Positions 26,483-35,220 of a DNA stretch of 64,000 nt are shown piece after piece. The DNA comes from Prevotella sp. (lineage in GTDB: Bacteria > Bacteroidota > Bacteroidia > Bacteroidales > Bacteroidaceae): contig JAFYZT010000045.1 of the NCBI GenBank assembly GCA_017548605.1, positions 4,332 through 68,331 on the forward strand. The letters run 5' to 3'. The notes under the pieces were generated by a model. It did no database searches, was not told the origin of the DNA, and saw only the letters and a program-made list of their open reading frames with translations. Within the stretch, counting starts at the first letter, position 1. Each line of letters begins with the position of its first letter. A program made the position numbers and the translations under genes.

Positions 26483-26594
26483 TGTTAATTCGCTTCGCTC
26501 AGAAGTTAAGCCATTACTCAGCTATATATTCAGTTGTTGTTCTGTACCATAGGCATACGGCTTAACTCCTTAACTTCTTAACTCCTTAACTTCA
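26483..26594 (-). repeat. TTAAC-word/hairpin element (MITE-like)
   Basis: gttaattcgcttcgctcagaagttaagccattac...catacggcttaactccttaacttcttaactccttaacttc. Confidence 0.75.
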
Positions 26595-26618
26595 GAAACA
26601 GGATCCCCCCTTTCCCAA

Positions 26619-27410
26619 CTATTCTTCTCCCCTCCCTTGGGGAGGGGTTGGGGGTGGGTATTTCACCTTTCTCCTCCATTTTGCGGCTTTTTTCACGTCG
26701 CGTTTCACCACCTCGCCTTTTTCATAGATATCGGCCAGGTAAAGTATGCAGCGTTCGTCACGCCGCTTGGCACCCTCTTCCAACCAGAAGAGGCCTCGTT
26801 TTACGTCTTTCTCCATGCCTATGCCTTCCATGGCGCATCGCCCGAGGTTATACAAGGCCTCGGGCATGCCCTGGGTGGCGGCTTCTTCATACCAGAACAG
26901 CGCTTTTTTGGCATCGCGGTCGATGCCCACACCCTGTTCCAGACAGTATCCCAGGTTGAATTGCGAGTCGGCATCACCCTGTGCGGCAGCCTGTCGGAAC
27001 CACCTGACGGCGGCTGCCTCGTCGCGCACCACTCCCACACCATTCAGGCATGCCACACCCATGGCATACTGGGCGGCGATATGTCCCTGCCGGGCGGCAC
27101 GTTCCATCCACACTGCCGACAGGCTGTCGTTACGCTCCACCCCGTCGCCTTGTGCATAACAGTCGCCCAGGGCATACTGCGCATCGGCATGACCCTGCAG
27201 GGCGGCCTGCTCATACCAATGGGCTGCCCGTGTGACATCCTTGCGGAGCCCCAGGCCACGGTCGTAACAATAGCCCAACGTATATTGGGCGGCGGTGTCT
27301 CCTTGTTCGGCCCGTTCCATCAGTTCCATGACGTTGATTCCCCGTCGCTGGGCAGAAAGCGGCAATCCCATCAACCAGGATATGGCGAAAAACAGAAAAA
27401 ACTTTTTCAT
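26619..27410 (-). CDS. Sel1-repeat (TPR-like) secreted protein
   Basis: Met 27410 gives the signal MKKFFLFFAISWLMGLPLSAQ, followed by about 6 Sel1 units (A--WY--AA-QG-A-AQY-LG-CY--G-GV). The C-terminal KYPPPTPPQGRGEE is read from a REP unit. Confidence 0.85.
   Translation of the reverse strand: MKKFFLFFAISWLMGLPLSAQRRGINVMELMERAEQGDTAAQYTLGYCYDRGLGLRKDVTRAAHWYEQAALQGHADAQYALGDCYAQGDGVERNDSLSAVWMERAARQGHIAAQYAMGVACLNGVGVVRDEAAAVRWFRQAAAQGDADSQFNLGYCLEQGVGIDRDAKKALFWYEEAATQGMPEALYNLGRCAMEGIGMEKDVKRGLFWLEEGAKRRDERCILYLADIYEKGEVVKRDVKKAAKWRRKVKYPPPTPPQGRGEE
26629..26659 (+). repeat. REP-like unit overlapping the 3' end of the Sel1 gene
   Basis: cccctcccttggggaggggttgggggtgggt. Confidence 0.85.
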
Positions 27411-27475
27411 GGCGCAAATATAGGGAGTTTTTCTATTTTTTTTCACAAATTGATTGGGAAAAAATATATTTTCAC

Positions 27476-27483
27476 TATCTTTG
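27476..27483 (+). promoter_or_regulatory. Bacteroidota -7 box (TATCTTTG) for FHA cassette
   Basis: tatctttg, 110 nt upstream of ATG 27594. Confidence 0.55.
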
Positions 27484-27489
27484 CATTGT

Positions 27490-27553
27490 CTATAGCTACT
27501 ATAACTATAAACTATAATCTATAACCTCTATAATATTTATAGCCTCTATAGCT
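27490..27553. repeat. CTATA word array (period ~9)
   Basis: ctatagctactataactataaactataatctataacctctataatatttatagcctctatagc. Confidence 0.8.
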
Positions 27554-27593
27554 TCAAAAACCCTAAATAGTAACATAAAACACATACATATTC

Positions 27594-28307
27594 ATGAAAA
27601 TTATCATAGGAAGAGAGGAACAGGGCTCAAGGCTCCATCTCGTGGCCATGAACGAACAAGGCCAGACCGTCAAGGATATCTGTCACGGACAACAACAGAG
27701 TGTCAACCAGTCGGTGAGCAGGCAGCACCTCAGTCTCACGCTTAACGACGATGGTACCTTCACTCTTGAGAACCTCAAGATGCAGAATATCACTTTCGTT
27801 AATGGCATGCAGGTGAACCGCACGATCGTGACACAGAATGACCGCATCGAACTGGGTCATGAGCGTTATCTCTTCGATTGGGCGGCGGTGAAACCGTTGT
27901 TGCCAAAGATTGCCGATGCTAAGCCGTTGAAAGCCGTATTCGATGAGTATGAGTTGGAAACGGCAAAAATCAATAAACAGCAACAGGTGTTCAATGCCAT
28001 GCGTGGCGGCACGAGTATCCTTACCATGGGTGCCATCGCCGTGGGTTTCATCTTTGGTCGCGATGGCGGTTTCAGCACCGTCACAGCCATCCTCTATGGT
28101 CTGGCCCTGTTCGCCTCGCTGTTCTTCACCGTCAAGTCGTTCATCGATGCCAGCAAACTGCCGGCCAAGCGCAAACGCATCACCGATGATTTCCGCCAGA
28201 ACTGTGTTTGTCCAAATGAGGAATGTCGCCATTATCTGGGTAACTATCAGTTCTACGAGAACCTGCCTAAGAAATGCCCCTATTGCCAGACGCAATTCAT
28301 AAAATAG
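27594..28307 (+). CDS. FHA-domain membrane protein with C-terminal zinc ribbon
   Basis: N-terminal FHA signature (IIGRE...VSRQHLSL...NGM-VN...DRIELG), two TM helices, then CPNEEC...CPYC. Confidence 0.8.
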   Translation: MKIIIGREEQGSRLHLVAMNEQGQTVKDICHGQQQSVNQSVSRQHLSLTLNDDGTFTLENLKMQNITFVNGMQVNRTIVTQNDRIELGHERYLFDWAAVKPLLPKIADAKPLKAVFDEYELETAKINKQQQVFNAMRGGTSILTMGAIAVGFIFGRDGGFSTVTAILYGLALFASLFFTVKSFIDASKLPAKRKRITDDFRQNCVCPNEECRHYLGNYQFYENLPKKCPYCQTQFIK

Positions 28308-28398
28308 TGACGAGTGACGAGTGACGAGTGATGAGTGACGAGTGATCATTCGCAACTCATAACTCGTAACTCATAACTCGTAACTCGTAATTCGTCAC
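28308..28398. repeat. heptamer word array forming a long imperfect palindrome
   Basis: gtgacga(g) x5, then the inverse words actcata/actcgta x6, ending in ttcgtcac. Confidence 0.75.
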
Positions 28399-28458
28399 TA
28401 AATCTCCGCCTTTCATGGAAAACGGGCGCAGATTCTTGCAATCGGCTTTGTGAATCAT

Positions 28459-28466
28459 TATCTTTG
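28459..28466 (+). promoter_or_regulatory. Bacteroidota -7 box (TATCTTTG)
   Basis: tatctttg, 50 nt upstream of ATG 28516. Confidence 0.55.
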
Positions 28467-28515
28467 CATCAGAAATCAATCAAATCAATAAATAACCCAT
28501 TAAAAAATTACCACT

Positions 28516-29643
28516 ATGAATCCAAATGAAAACACCCCAAACATGGGCCCCGTGAACAGCAATCCAGTGAATAACCCCGTGAATGAACCCCAGGAAGGCG
28601 GTTCCAACACCTGGAAGTATGTGACCATCGGCGGTGCTGCCGCACTGCTCGTAGGTGCAGGTACAGTCTATGCCACCGATGCTTTCGGTGCCCGTACAGC
28701 TATCTTCGGTGGCGATGACGCTGCCGCTCCTGCATCCACTGCTACTCCTGAAGTAGCCGCCGAGACAACAGCGGTCACGGATGGCTCTGAAGCCGCCAAG
28801 ACCACCGAGAGTGCAGAAGCTACTGCCGATGCAACTCCCGCTGCTGATGCTGCTGCCGATGCCGCCGCAACAGATGCAGGAATACAGGTGGAAATCTACG
28901 ACCACGCTCCTGTGGCTCATGTAGGTCAGCACCTCAGTTTCGCTGATGCCTTCGCCGCCGCCCGCGCACAGGTGGGTCCCGGTGGTGTGTTCCACTGGCA
29001 CGGCCATGACTATGGTACATATTATGAGACAGAGTGGGATGCTATGAGCGATGCCCAGCAGGCACAATATGAGGCCAGCGCCGCTACGCCCGCCCACGCC
29101 ACACATCCTGTAACACCGCATTTTGTGGCTGAGGCTCCCGTTGCTGTTGTGAGCGATGGCATGAGCTTTGCCGACGCTTTCGCCGCTGCCCGCGCACAGG
29201 TAGGTGCCGGTGGCGTGTTTGAGTGGCACGGTGGTGTGTTCAGCACCTATTATGAGAACGAATGGGACGGTATGACACCGCAGCAGCAGCACTATTTCAC
29301 CGCTCAGGTACATACCGAGCACGTGCCGCACCACACCCATTATTATGCCGATGCCGATGGTGGCGTACACTTCAAGGCTGTGGAGACCTTCGGCACCGAG
29401 CAGTACGACTACGACGATGTGACGGTGAAGGCATTGGACGATGCCGACAGTGGCTCGCTCACTACCATACAAGAGGTCGAAGCCTCGGATGGCGAGATGC
29501 ACATCGACGTGGCTTCCGACGGACAGACAGCTTTTGTCGACGTTGAGAACGACGGTATCGTGGACATGACCTTCACACCGATTGATGAGGCAAACCCTTT
29601 TGACGGTGCTCCGCTCACTGACGACGGTTCCATGATATTGTAA
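28516..29643 (+). CDS. membrane-anchored protein with duplicated ~55-aa module
   Basis: One TM helix (WKYVTIGGAAALLVGAG), an Ala/Thr-rich linker, two copies of SFADAFAAARAQVG-GGVF-WHG--Y-TYYE-EWD-M and an acidic tail. Confidence 0.75.
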   Translation: MNPNENTPNMGPVNSNPVNNPVNEPQEGGSNTWKYVTIGGAAALLVGAGTVYATDAFGARTAIFGGDDAAAPASTATPEVAAETTAVTDGSEAAKTTESAEATADATPAADAAADAAATDAGIQVEIYDHAPVAHVGQHLSFADAFAAARAQVGPGGVFHWHGHDYGTYYETEWDAMSDAQQAQYEASAATPAHATHPVTPHFVAEAPVAVVSDGMSFADAFAAARAQVGAGGVFEWHGGVFSTYYENEWDGMTPQQQHYFTAQVHTEHVPHHTHYYADADGGVHFKAVETFGTEQYDYDDVTVKALDDADSGSLTTIQEVEASDGEMHIDVASDGQTAFVDVENDGIVDMTFTPIDEANPFDGAPLTDDGSMIL

Positions 29644-29707
29644 TTGAAGCGTTAAGGAGCAAGGGGCAAGAGATTACCTCACAGGCAATTGTCTAAACTC
29701 CAGAAAA

Positions 29708-30211
29708 ATGAAAAAAGTAAATGTAAAGTGTAATTGCGGACAGCAGTTCGTAGCAACCTTTCGTGACGATAACGCCGCAGCGGGAACAGTTACCTGTCCC
29801 GCTTGCGGCTCTCGTTTGAAAGTGATTGTGCCGCAGTCTAAGCCACCCCAGCCCTCTGTCTCCAGCGAGACGAAACTGCCCACGGGTGCTTTTGCCCAGC
29901 CGGGTTCGCTCATCTGTGGGGGACGGGAGTATCCGCTGTCTGTGGGCGATAATATTGTTGGTCGCAAAGCCGCAGGTTCATCGGCCCATATACAGCTTGA
30001 GGTGAACGATCCCTACATGAGCCGCTCTCATCTGCTTGTGAGGGTGGTACGTGCCGGCGACGGAAGCATCACCACCTTCGTTTCGAACTATAAAAACATG
30101 AACACCACCCTGGTCAACCAGCGTTTGCTGGGTAAGGTCGATGAGGTGGTGGTCAAGGATGGCGACACCATCCAACTGGCCAACACCGTCGTGATGTTCA
30201 AAAACAGCTAA
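29708..30211 (+). CDS. zinc-ribbon plus FHA-domain protein
   Basis: CNCG...CPACG at the N-terminus. The C-terminal FHA signature is NIVGRK...MSRSHLLV...NTTLVN...GDTIQLA. Confidence 0.8.
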   Translation: MKKVNVKCNCGQQFVATFRDDNAAAGTVTCPACGSRLKVIVPQSKPPQPSVSSETKLPTGAFAQPGSLICGGREYPLSVGDNIVGRKAAGSSAHIQLEVNDPYMSRSHLLVRVVRAGDGSITTFVSNYKNMNTTLVNQRLLGKVDEVVVKDGDTIQLANTVVMFKNS

Positions 30212-30212
30212 T

Positions 30213-30240
30213 ACCCACCCCGACCCTCCCCAAGGGAGGG
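30213..30240 (-). repeat. REP-like unit, inverted orientation
   Basis: acccaccccgaccctccccaagggaggg. Confidence 0.85.
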
Positions 30241-30305
30241 AGTTCAGATTCATCACCCGACACTCGTCACTCGTAACTCGTCACTCGTAACTCATCATTA
30301 TAACC

Positions 30306-31718
30306 ATGCTCATCACCCTGTCAAAACCGTTGTTTATCCAAGAATTGGGCAAGAGGTCCAATCAAGAGGATTCGTATTTCATGTCCGAAGCGACCCATGA
30401 GGGCTCTTCGCCGTTTTTCATGGTTTGTGATGGCATGGGGGGACATGACAAAGGCGAGGTGGCCAGTGCTCTGGTATGCCAGTCAGTGTCGTCCTTTATC
30501 ACTGAGCAGATGGGGCAGGGCAGGGCATTCGATGATGCCTTGTTCAACGATGCGCTTCAATACGCTTACGGAGAACTCGATAAACTGCCAGTCGATGGCA
30601 AACGACCAGGCACCACACTCACTTTCCTCTGTTTTCATCGTCAGGGAGTCACCACGGCCAACATCGGCGACAGCCGTATCTATCACCTGCGTCCGAAAGA
30701 GGGGAAGATACTCTTCCAGTCGCGCGACCACTCGTTGGTTTTCGACCTCTACCTGATGGGTGAGTTGTCATTCGACGAGATGGCGACCTCACCTCAGAAA
30801 AACGTCATTACCAAGGCGCTGATGCCTGGCGAGGAAAACCATCACCGTGCCGACATGGTGCATATCGGCGATGTGCAGCCCGATGACTGTTTCCTGCTTT
30901 GTTCCGACGGTTTACTGGAACGGCTCAGCAACGAACAGCTGCTTCAGATTTTTTCTCATTACGATGATATGGAAGAGGTGCGCCGCTTGCTCATCGAGGC
31001 ATCGGATGATAATGGCGACAACCATACTGCCATTCTTCTCAAAGTGGACGAAGTGGAAAAAGAGGCCGGCGAGATGGTCTCCGACGATGAATACTCGTCG
31101 TCTTTCAATGCCATGAATGTGCATCCCATGGGTGGCAGTCAGGAAACACCTGTCGCCCCTGCCACTCCTGTCGCAGAAACACCTGAGAGTCCTAAGCCCA
31201 GTGCATCCAATACGTCGAAAACGTCCAATACGTCCAATACGTCGAAAACGCCTACAACGCCGAAAAAGTCGCGAAAGGGTTCTCCTGTGCTCACTGTTGT
31301 CATGGCCGCCTTGTTGGTCGGTGTGTTGGCAGCCATCGGCGTGCTCCTTTTCAAGAAATCACCGAAGAAGAGTTCTTCTCTCTCTCAACCGGCAGTGGAA
31401 GCAGTTGCCCCGGCCGACTCGACGGCCTTGGCATCTCCCGACACTTTAACTGTGTCAGGCAATGATGCTCCTGTGGCTGCTGAAGCTCAGGCTGCTCCTG
31501 CCGAAGCTTCCACGATGACCGACACCATTCACATGACGACGGCTCCACAAGCCACACCTACTCCGCGAACCACACCGAATCCTACGCCCACTCCGCGAAC
31601 AACACCGAATCCCGAACCGCAAGTATCGGCAGCCCCGCATACCACTTCCAGTCCGACGCCGGCAACCTCAAATGCTGCCCAGCAGCGCCGCGATAACCTC
31701 CGCGACCGCAGTAAATAA
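30306..31718 (+). CDS. PP2C-family Ser/Thr phosphatase with TM helix and Pro/Thr-rich tail
   Basis: MVCDGMGGHDKGEVAS, GDSRIY and CSDGL motifs, then a TM segment (VLTVVMAALLVGVLAAIGVLLF) and a low-complexity tail. Confidence 0.85.
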   Translation: MLITLSKPLFIQELGKRSNQEDSYFMSEATHEGSSPFFMVCDGMGGHDKGEVASALVCQSVSSFITEQMGQGRAFDDALFNDALQYAYGELDKLPVDGKRPGTTLTFLCFHRQGVTTANIGDSRIYHLRPKEGKILFQSRDHSLVFDLYLMGELSFDEMATSPQKNVITKALMPGEENHHRADMVHIGDVQPDDCFLLCSDGLLERLSNEQLLQIFSHYDDMEEVRRLLIEASDDNGDNHTAILLKVDEVEKEAGEMVSDDEYSSSFNAMNVHPMGGSQETPVAPATPVAETPESPKPSASNTSKTSNTSNTSKTPTTPKKSRKGSPVLTVVMAALLVGVLAAIGVLLFKKSPKKSSSLSQPAVEAVAPADSTALASPDTLTVSGNDAPVAAEAQAAPAEASTMTDTIHMTTAPQATPTPRTTPNPTPTPRTTPNPEPQVSAAPHTTSSPTPATSNAAQQRRDNLRDRSK

Positions 31719-31732
31719 AAGGAGTTATCGCT

Positions 31733-32010
31733 GGAAGTTAAAAAGGAAGTTATGAAGGAAGTAAAAGGGGAAGTTATAGAAGGAAGTTATGCACTTCGTG
31801 CAGGACAATAGTCTTGAAGGGTAAAAGGGTAAAAGTTGTGGGCTGAGTAATGTCCATTTTAACTTCCAATTTAACTTCCATGAGCGAAGCGAATTAACTC
31901 CCACTTTAACTCCCGATTAAACAAAAACTTCCATGAGCGAAGCGAATTAACTTCCCCTTTTACTCCCATTTTTACTTCCTTTTATAACTCCCCTTTTACC
32001 TTTTTACCCT
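31733..32010 (+). repeat. ~150-nt repeat, copy C, plus inverted partial copy (3' of PP2C gene)
   Basis: Core at 31733-31902, as in A and B. It is followed by a second catgagcgaagcgaattaac block and by the reverse complement of the ggaagtaaaa/gggtaaaag words. The whole can fold into a long hairpin between convergent genes. Confidence 0.8.
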
Positions 32011-32011
32011 T

Positions 32012-32416
32012 TTACTTTTTTACCCTTCCACATAAAATCACATACGCGCTTTTCTCTGTCAGGTAGAAGCGTGGTGCAGGTTGTGCTATCACCTCCCACA
32101 CCAGATGGTTGATGCGCTCGTGTTGTCTTTTACTTCGCAGGTGATGCACCCGACGCACTATCTCCTCATACATCATCCGTTGCATGGGCAACATCTTGGC
32201 GGGACGGTGCCCCGACAGCCATTGGTTGACCACACGAACAGCTCGTTCCTCGCTCACATAAAACCGTTCTGCCGGCATGGCTAAGGCGGCTCTGATAGTG
32301 TCATGCGAAGTGGTCAGTTCCTTACGTTGATAAGCTTGTTTGTACGCGCGAACCAAGTCGCGGTTGCGCGCCTCATGAAATTCCGAGGCGCTACGTGTTT
32401 TCTTGTGTGTTTTCAT
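32012..32416 (-). CDS. small basic protein with duplicated P-RFY--E motif (possible DNA-binding regulator)
   Basis: Start set at Met 32416 (MKTHKKTRSASEF...). Has an internal repeat, PAERFYVSEERAVRVV / PAPRFYLTEKSAYVIL. Divergent from the scaffold-like gene promoter. Confidence 0.5.
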   Translation of the reverse strand: MKTHKKTRSASEFHEARNRDLVRAYKQAYQRKELTTSHDTIRAALAMPAERFYVSEERAVRVVNQWLSGHRPAKMLPMQRMMYEEIVRRVHHLRSKRQHERINHLVWEVIAQPAPRFYLTEKSAYVILCGRVKK

Positions 32417-32444
32417 GGTTTTTTTCCACAAAATTACTCCCAAA

Positions 32445-32489
32445 GTTAAATGGATGACACACTTTTCACGGGAAAAGACAATATCTTTG
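32445..32489 (+). promoter_or_regulatory. conserved phage-module promoter, copy 2 (scaffold-like gene)
   Basis: GTTAAATGGATGACA, with 37 nt to TATCTTTG. Confidence 0.7.
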
Positions 32490-32510
32490 CCACGAACAAA
32501 ACCAATAACC

Positions 32511-33143
32511 ATGAAAACAATAACACAACAAACTGAACAACAGAGCCTTGACAATCTCAAGGAACAGGTAATGAACCGGATAACATCACGTCATCCCCAA
32601 CTTGACTCAGCCGATGAAAAAGCACTTTTCCAAGCCGTTTACGACGATTACGACGAAAACGACGTTTTGCAGGAACTCTACGATGAACTGGTGGAAAAGA
32701 TGGAGGCGATGACCACCGCCAAAAAGAAAGAAGAGGCCGAGTACGAAAGCAATCTCGACCAGACCATCGTCGCCATCGAGCAGATGAAACAAGAGGAGTC
32801 AGCCGATGGTGAGCGCATTGACGAGGCGGTGGCGTGGTTGCAGAAGGTGGGCGATGAGGTGGCCCGGGGACGGTTGCTCCCTGATGACATCCGGATGGTG
32901 ATGAAAGGAGCGGCTTACGATGTCGATGTGGCCGCCGCCGACCATGATGGAGAGGTGCGCGGACGCAACTACGTCATCGAAGAACACCTGCGTACTGCTA
33001 AGGATACGCCCGCCGACGTGCCAGCCCTGCGCGGCACGGGCGGTATGAACACCACCCAAGCGCTTCCTCGCGAAGTCCTCGGTGCTTTGGTAGGCACCAC
33101 CCGTCCCACTATCTGGGAACGGGGAAAAGAAAAGAGGTATTAA
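32511..33143 (+). CDS. acidic coiled-coil protein, scaffold-like (tentative)
   Basis: Start set at ATG 32511, downstream of the -7 box at 32482-32489. 210 aa, very acidic and helical. Its position between portal and capsid genes fits a scaffolding protein. Confidence 0.55.
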   Translation: MKTITQQTEQQSLDNLKEQVMNRITSRHPQLDSADEKALFQAVYDDYDENDVLQELYDELVEKMEAMTTAKKKEEAEYESNLDQTIVAIEQMKQEESADGERIDEAVAWLQKVGDEVARGRLLPDDIRMVMKGAAYDVDVAAADHDGEVRGRNYVIEEHLRTAKDTPADVPALRGTGGMNTTQALPREVLGALVGTTRPTIWERGKEKRY

Positions 33144-33146
33144 AAT

Positions 33147-33176
33147 ACCCACCCCTTCCCTCCCAAAGGGAGGGGG
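33147..33176 (-). repeat. REP-like unit, inverted orientation
   Basis: acccaccccttccctcccaaagggaggggg. Confidence 0.85.
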
Positions 33177-33270
33177 TTGGAATGTTGAGTTTTAAATGGT
33201 GAATGTTGACGAGTTGTTGAGACATATGTCGAAAAATTTTCGCCTCGCGATGTAGAATTGTTCAATGAAT

Positions 33271-33362
33271 AATTCATCACTCACCACTCAACATTCACCA
33301 CTCAACATTCACCACTCAACATTCAACATTCAACACTCAACATTCAACATTCACCACTCATC
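33271..33362. repeat. heptamer word array (cattcac/cactcaa/cattcaa)
   Basis: About 12 consecutive 7-nt words. Related arrays at 30247-30300, 36816-36858 and 37990-38040. Confidence 0.8.
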
Positions 33363-34783
33363 TTCCTATACAGTCGGCTTTTCGTGCTTCGTAGTGCTTG
33401 GTTGGAGCAGCAGAACGCCTGCGCCTTGCGATTGTCATCGATGTCATAATGGTCCATCACCACGTAGAACGTCTCTTTGGGTGTCAGCGGTGTTGAGGCA
33501 TGCGCCAACTCTTCGTAGAGCGGTTTGTTGATGGCTGGCAACACCTTCAGCAGTGCCGTCTCTTCCCGCTTGCCGAATTGGCTGATGTTATCGCCGCTGA
33601 CCAAGGCGTTGAGCACGTCGATACCCTCTTTCGTCTCCGTCACCGAGGTGAGCAAACGCTCTACTTCCCTCCTTTGGTTGGCGGAGGCGAATTGCGTGAG
33701 TTGGCGTTGCATGTGTTGCAACTCTTCCACACGGCTGTCCACGGTCTGCTTCAACTCGCTGATGGTCTGCTCTTTCTGTCCGAGTAGCGAGCGCACCTCG
33801 TGCAGCGTGTCGTTGAAGCGGAGCTTCAGCGACCGTTGCTTCCTGTCGAACCACCAGGTGATGGCGAGCACCAGGGCGAGCAGTGCCACGAGAGCCACGA
33901 CGAACCACAGCCGTTGCCGTTCCTTCTCCAGTGTCAGCAACTCACGGTCGTAGCGGTTTTGCAGGTCCACCATCTCCACGTTCTGTTGGCTGATGGCTAC
34001 CGAGTCATCGATAGCCTTCCATTGTTTGTAGGCCTCAAGAGCCCCACGGAAGTCGCCTTTCCTTTCGAGATATTCACTGCGCAGGAGGTAACGGTTGCGG
34101 CGGAGGGTGGAACCGCCGTCAGTGGCCAACGTGTTCATGATGATTTCCGCCTGGTCGTCGCGCCCTTGTTTGATATACACCATGCAGAGCAGCGACAGCG
34201 CATTGCCCATGGCTGAGGAGTCCTGTGCGAGGAGTGCCGCCCGATAGGCATGGTTCTCCGCTTCAGGCAGTGAGTCGGTGAGCATCTCGTAGTAAGCAAT
34301 ATTTTTCATGATGCACGACCGCTGGCTGTCGTCGGCCTCTTTGTAGAGCGCTGCCGCCCTAAGGTTGACGCGCCATGCCGAGTCGTTGAGCTGTAGGTTG
34401 TAGAGGGTGTTGGCCTGATTGATGAGCACATCGACCACCAGCTCCGGACGTTGCGTCTTTTCCGCAAAGCCAAGGGCTTTCTCCTGATAGTCGAGGGCGC
34501 GTGAGTAGGCTCCGCTATGTTCGTTCACCCATCCTATGTATTGGCAAATCTGGTATTTCTGCTTGTCGTCGTCGAGCTGTGGCAGCAGCTCCTCGGCACG
34601 CTTCAGCTGAAGCATGGCCTCGGAATATTCGCCACGGTCGATGAGCAGCACCGCACTGTCGAGACGTACCTCGGCCTGTGCCTGCGGTGAAGCAGGCGAC
34701 GATCCGTCACGGCACGAGGAGAGGACACAGAGTGCCACGCCGGCTATCATCAATACCATCTTTCTATACATACTGCTATACAT
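33344..34783 (-). CDS. TPR-repeat membrane protein with coiled-coil and C-terminal HTH-like region
   Basis: Signal/lipobox-like N-terminus (LSSC), TPR units, a TM helix (LWFVVALVALLALVLAITWWF) and a C-terminal segment resembling LuxR-type tails. The start may be 34771 or 34759 because a -7 box (34788-34796) abuts 34783. Confidence 0.75.
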   Translation of the reverse strand: MYSSMYRKMVLMIAGVALCVLSSCRDGSSPASPQAQAEVRLDSAVLLIDRGEYSEAMLQLKRAEELLPQLDDDKQKYQICQYIGWVNEHSGAYSRALDYQEKALGFAEKTQRPELVVDVLINQANTLYNLQLNDSAWRVNLRAAALYKEADDSQRSCIMKNIAYYEMLTDSLPEAENHAYRAALLAQDSSAMGNALSLLCMVYIKQGRDDQAEIIMNTLATDGGSTLRRNRYLLRSEYLERKGDFRGALEAYKQWKAIDDSVAISQQNVEMVDLQNRYDRELLTLEKERQRLWFVVALVALLALVLAITWWFDRKQRSLKLRFNDTLHEVRSLLGQKEQTISELKQTVDSRVEELQHMQRQLTQFASANQRREVERLLTSVTETKEGIDVLNALVSGDNISQFGKREETALLKVLPAINKPLYEELAHASTPLTPKETFYVVMDHYDIDDNRKAQAFCCSNQALRSTKSRLYRKMSGEC

Positions 34784-34845
34784 ACTGCAAAGATAAGAAA
34801 AATTAAAAAAATAAAAAATTTAAAGATTAAAAAAAATAATAGAAG

Positions 34846-34884
34846 CTCCCCCTCCTACTCCCCCCGAGGGGGAGAGAGAATAGC
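34846..34884. repeat. REP-like variant (AGAGAATAGC type)
   Basis: ctccccctcctactccccccgagggggagagagaatagc. Confidence 0.8.
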
Positions 34885-35063
34885 CTGTAAATTCTTTTTC
34901 ACTCATTGTTGTCTGAACCATACAACGAATTATACGAATTATTACACAATGGTGAGCGAAGCGAACACGAAAAATCGCAACTTGTTGCGTCAAACGATAC
35001 TGCGACCGGCAGGAAAAGGGAGCAGTACCTTAGTGAATGAGCGACGAGTAGGAGCGGTTACAT

Positions 35064-35215
35064 CCCCTCCCAATGTTGGGAGGGGCTTGGGGAGAGTAGG
35101 TACCCTCCTTAGGCAAGGAGGGGCGGGTGGTTGTGAAAGCAAACTATCTCCTTAGGCAAGGAGGGGCGGGTGGTTGTGAAAGCAAACTATCTCCTCGGGG
35201 GAGCAGGTGGGGGGC
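35064..35215. repeat. cluster of REP-like hairpins including a ~44-bp direct duplication
   Basis: cccctcccaatgttgggagggg; 2x ctccttaggcaaggaggggcgggtggttgtgaaagcaaactat; ctcctcgggggagcaggtgggggg. Confidence 0.8.
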
Positions 35216-35220
35216 TAGTA

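Noticed and set aside
16436-27553. CTATA word arrays at 16436-16518 and 27490-27553 as attL/attR of a prophage
   Set aside because: They are degenerate low-complexity arrays without an identical core. The second lies in the middle of the phage-like gene order, between portal and scaffold. No integrase is present.
28900-29260. Two similar ~160-nt segments inside ORF 28516-29643 as a DGR template/variable repeat pair
   Set aside because: The differences are not adenine-specific. Both copies are in frame in one protein, so this is a domain duplication, and there is no reverse transcriptase in the window.
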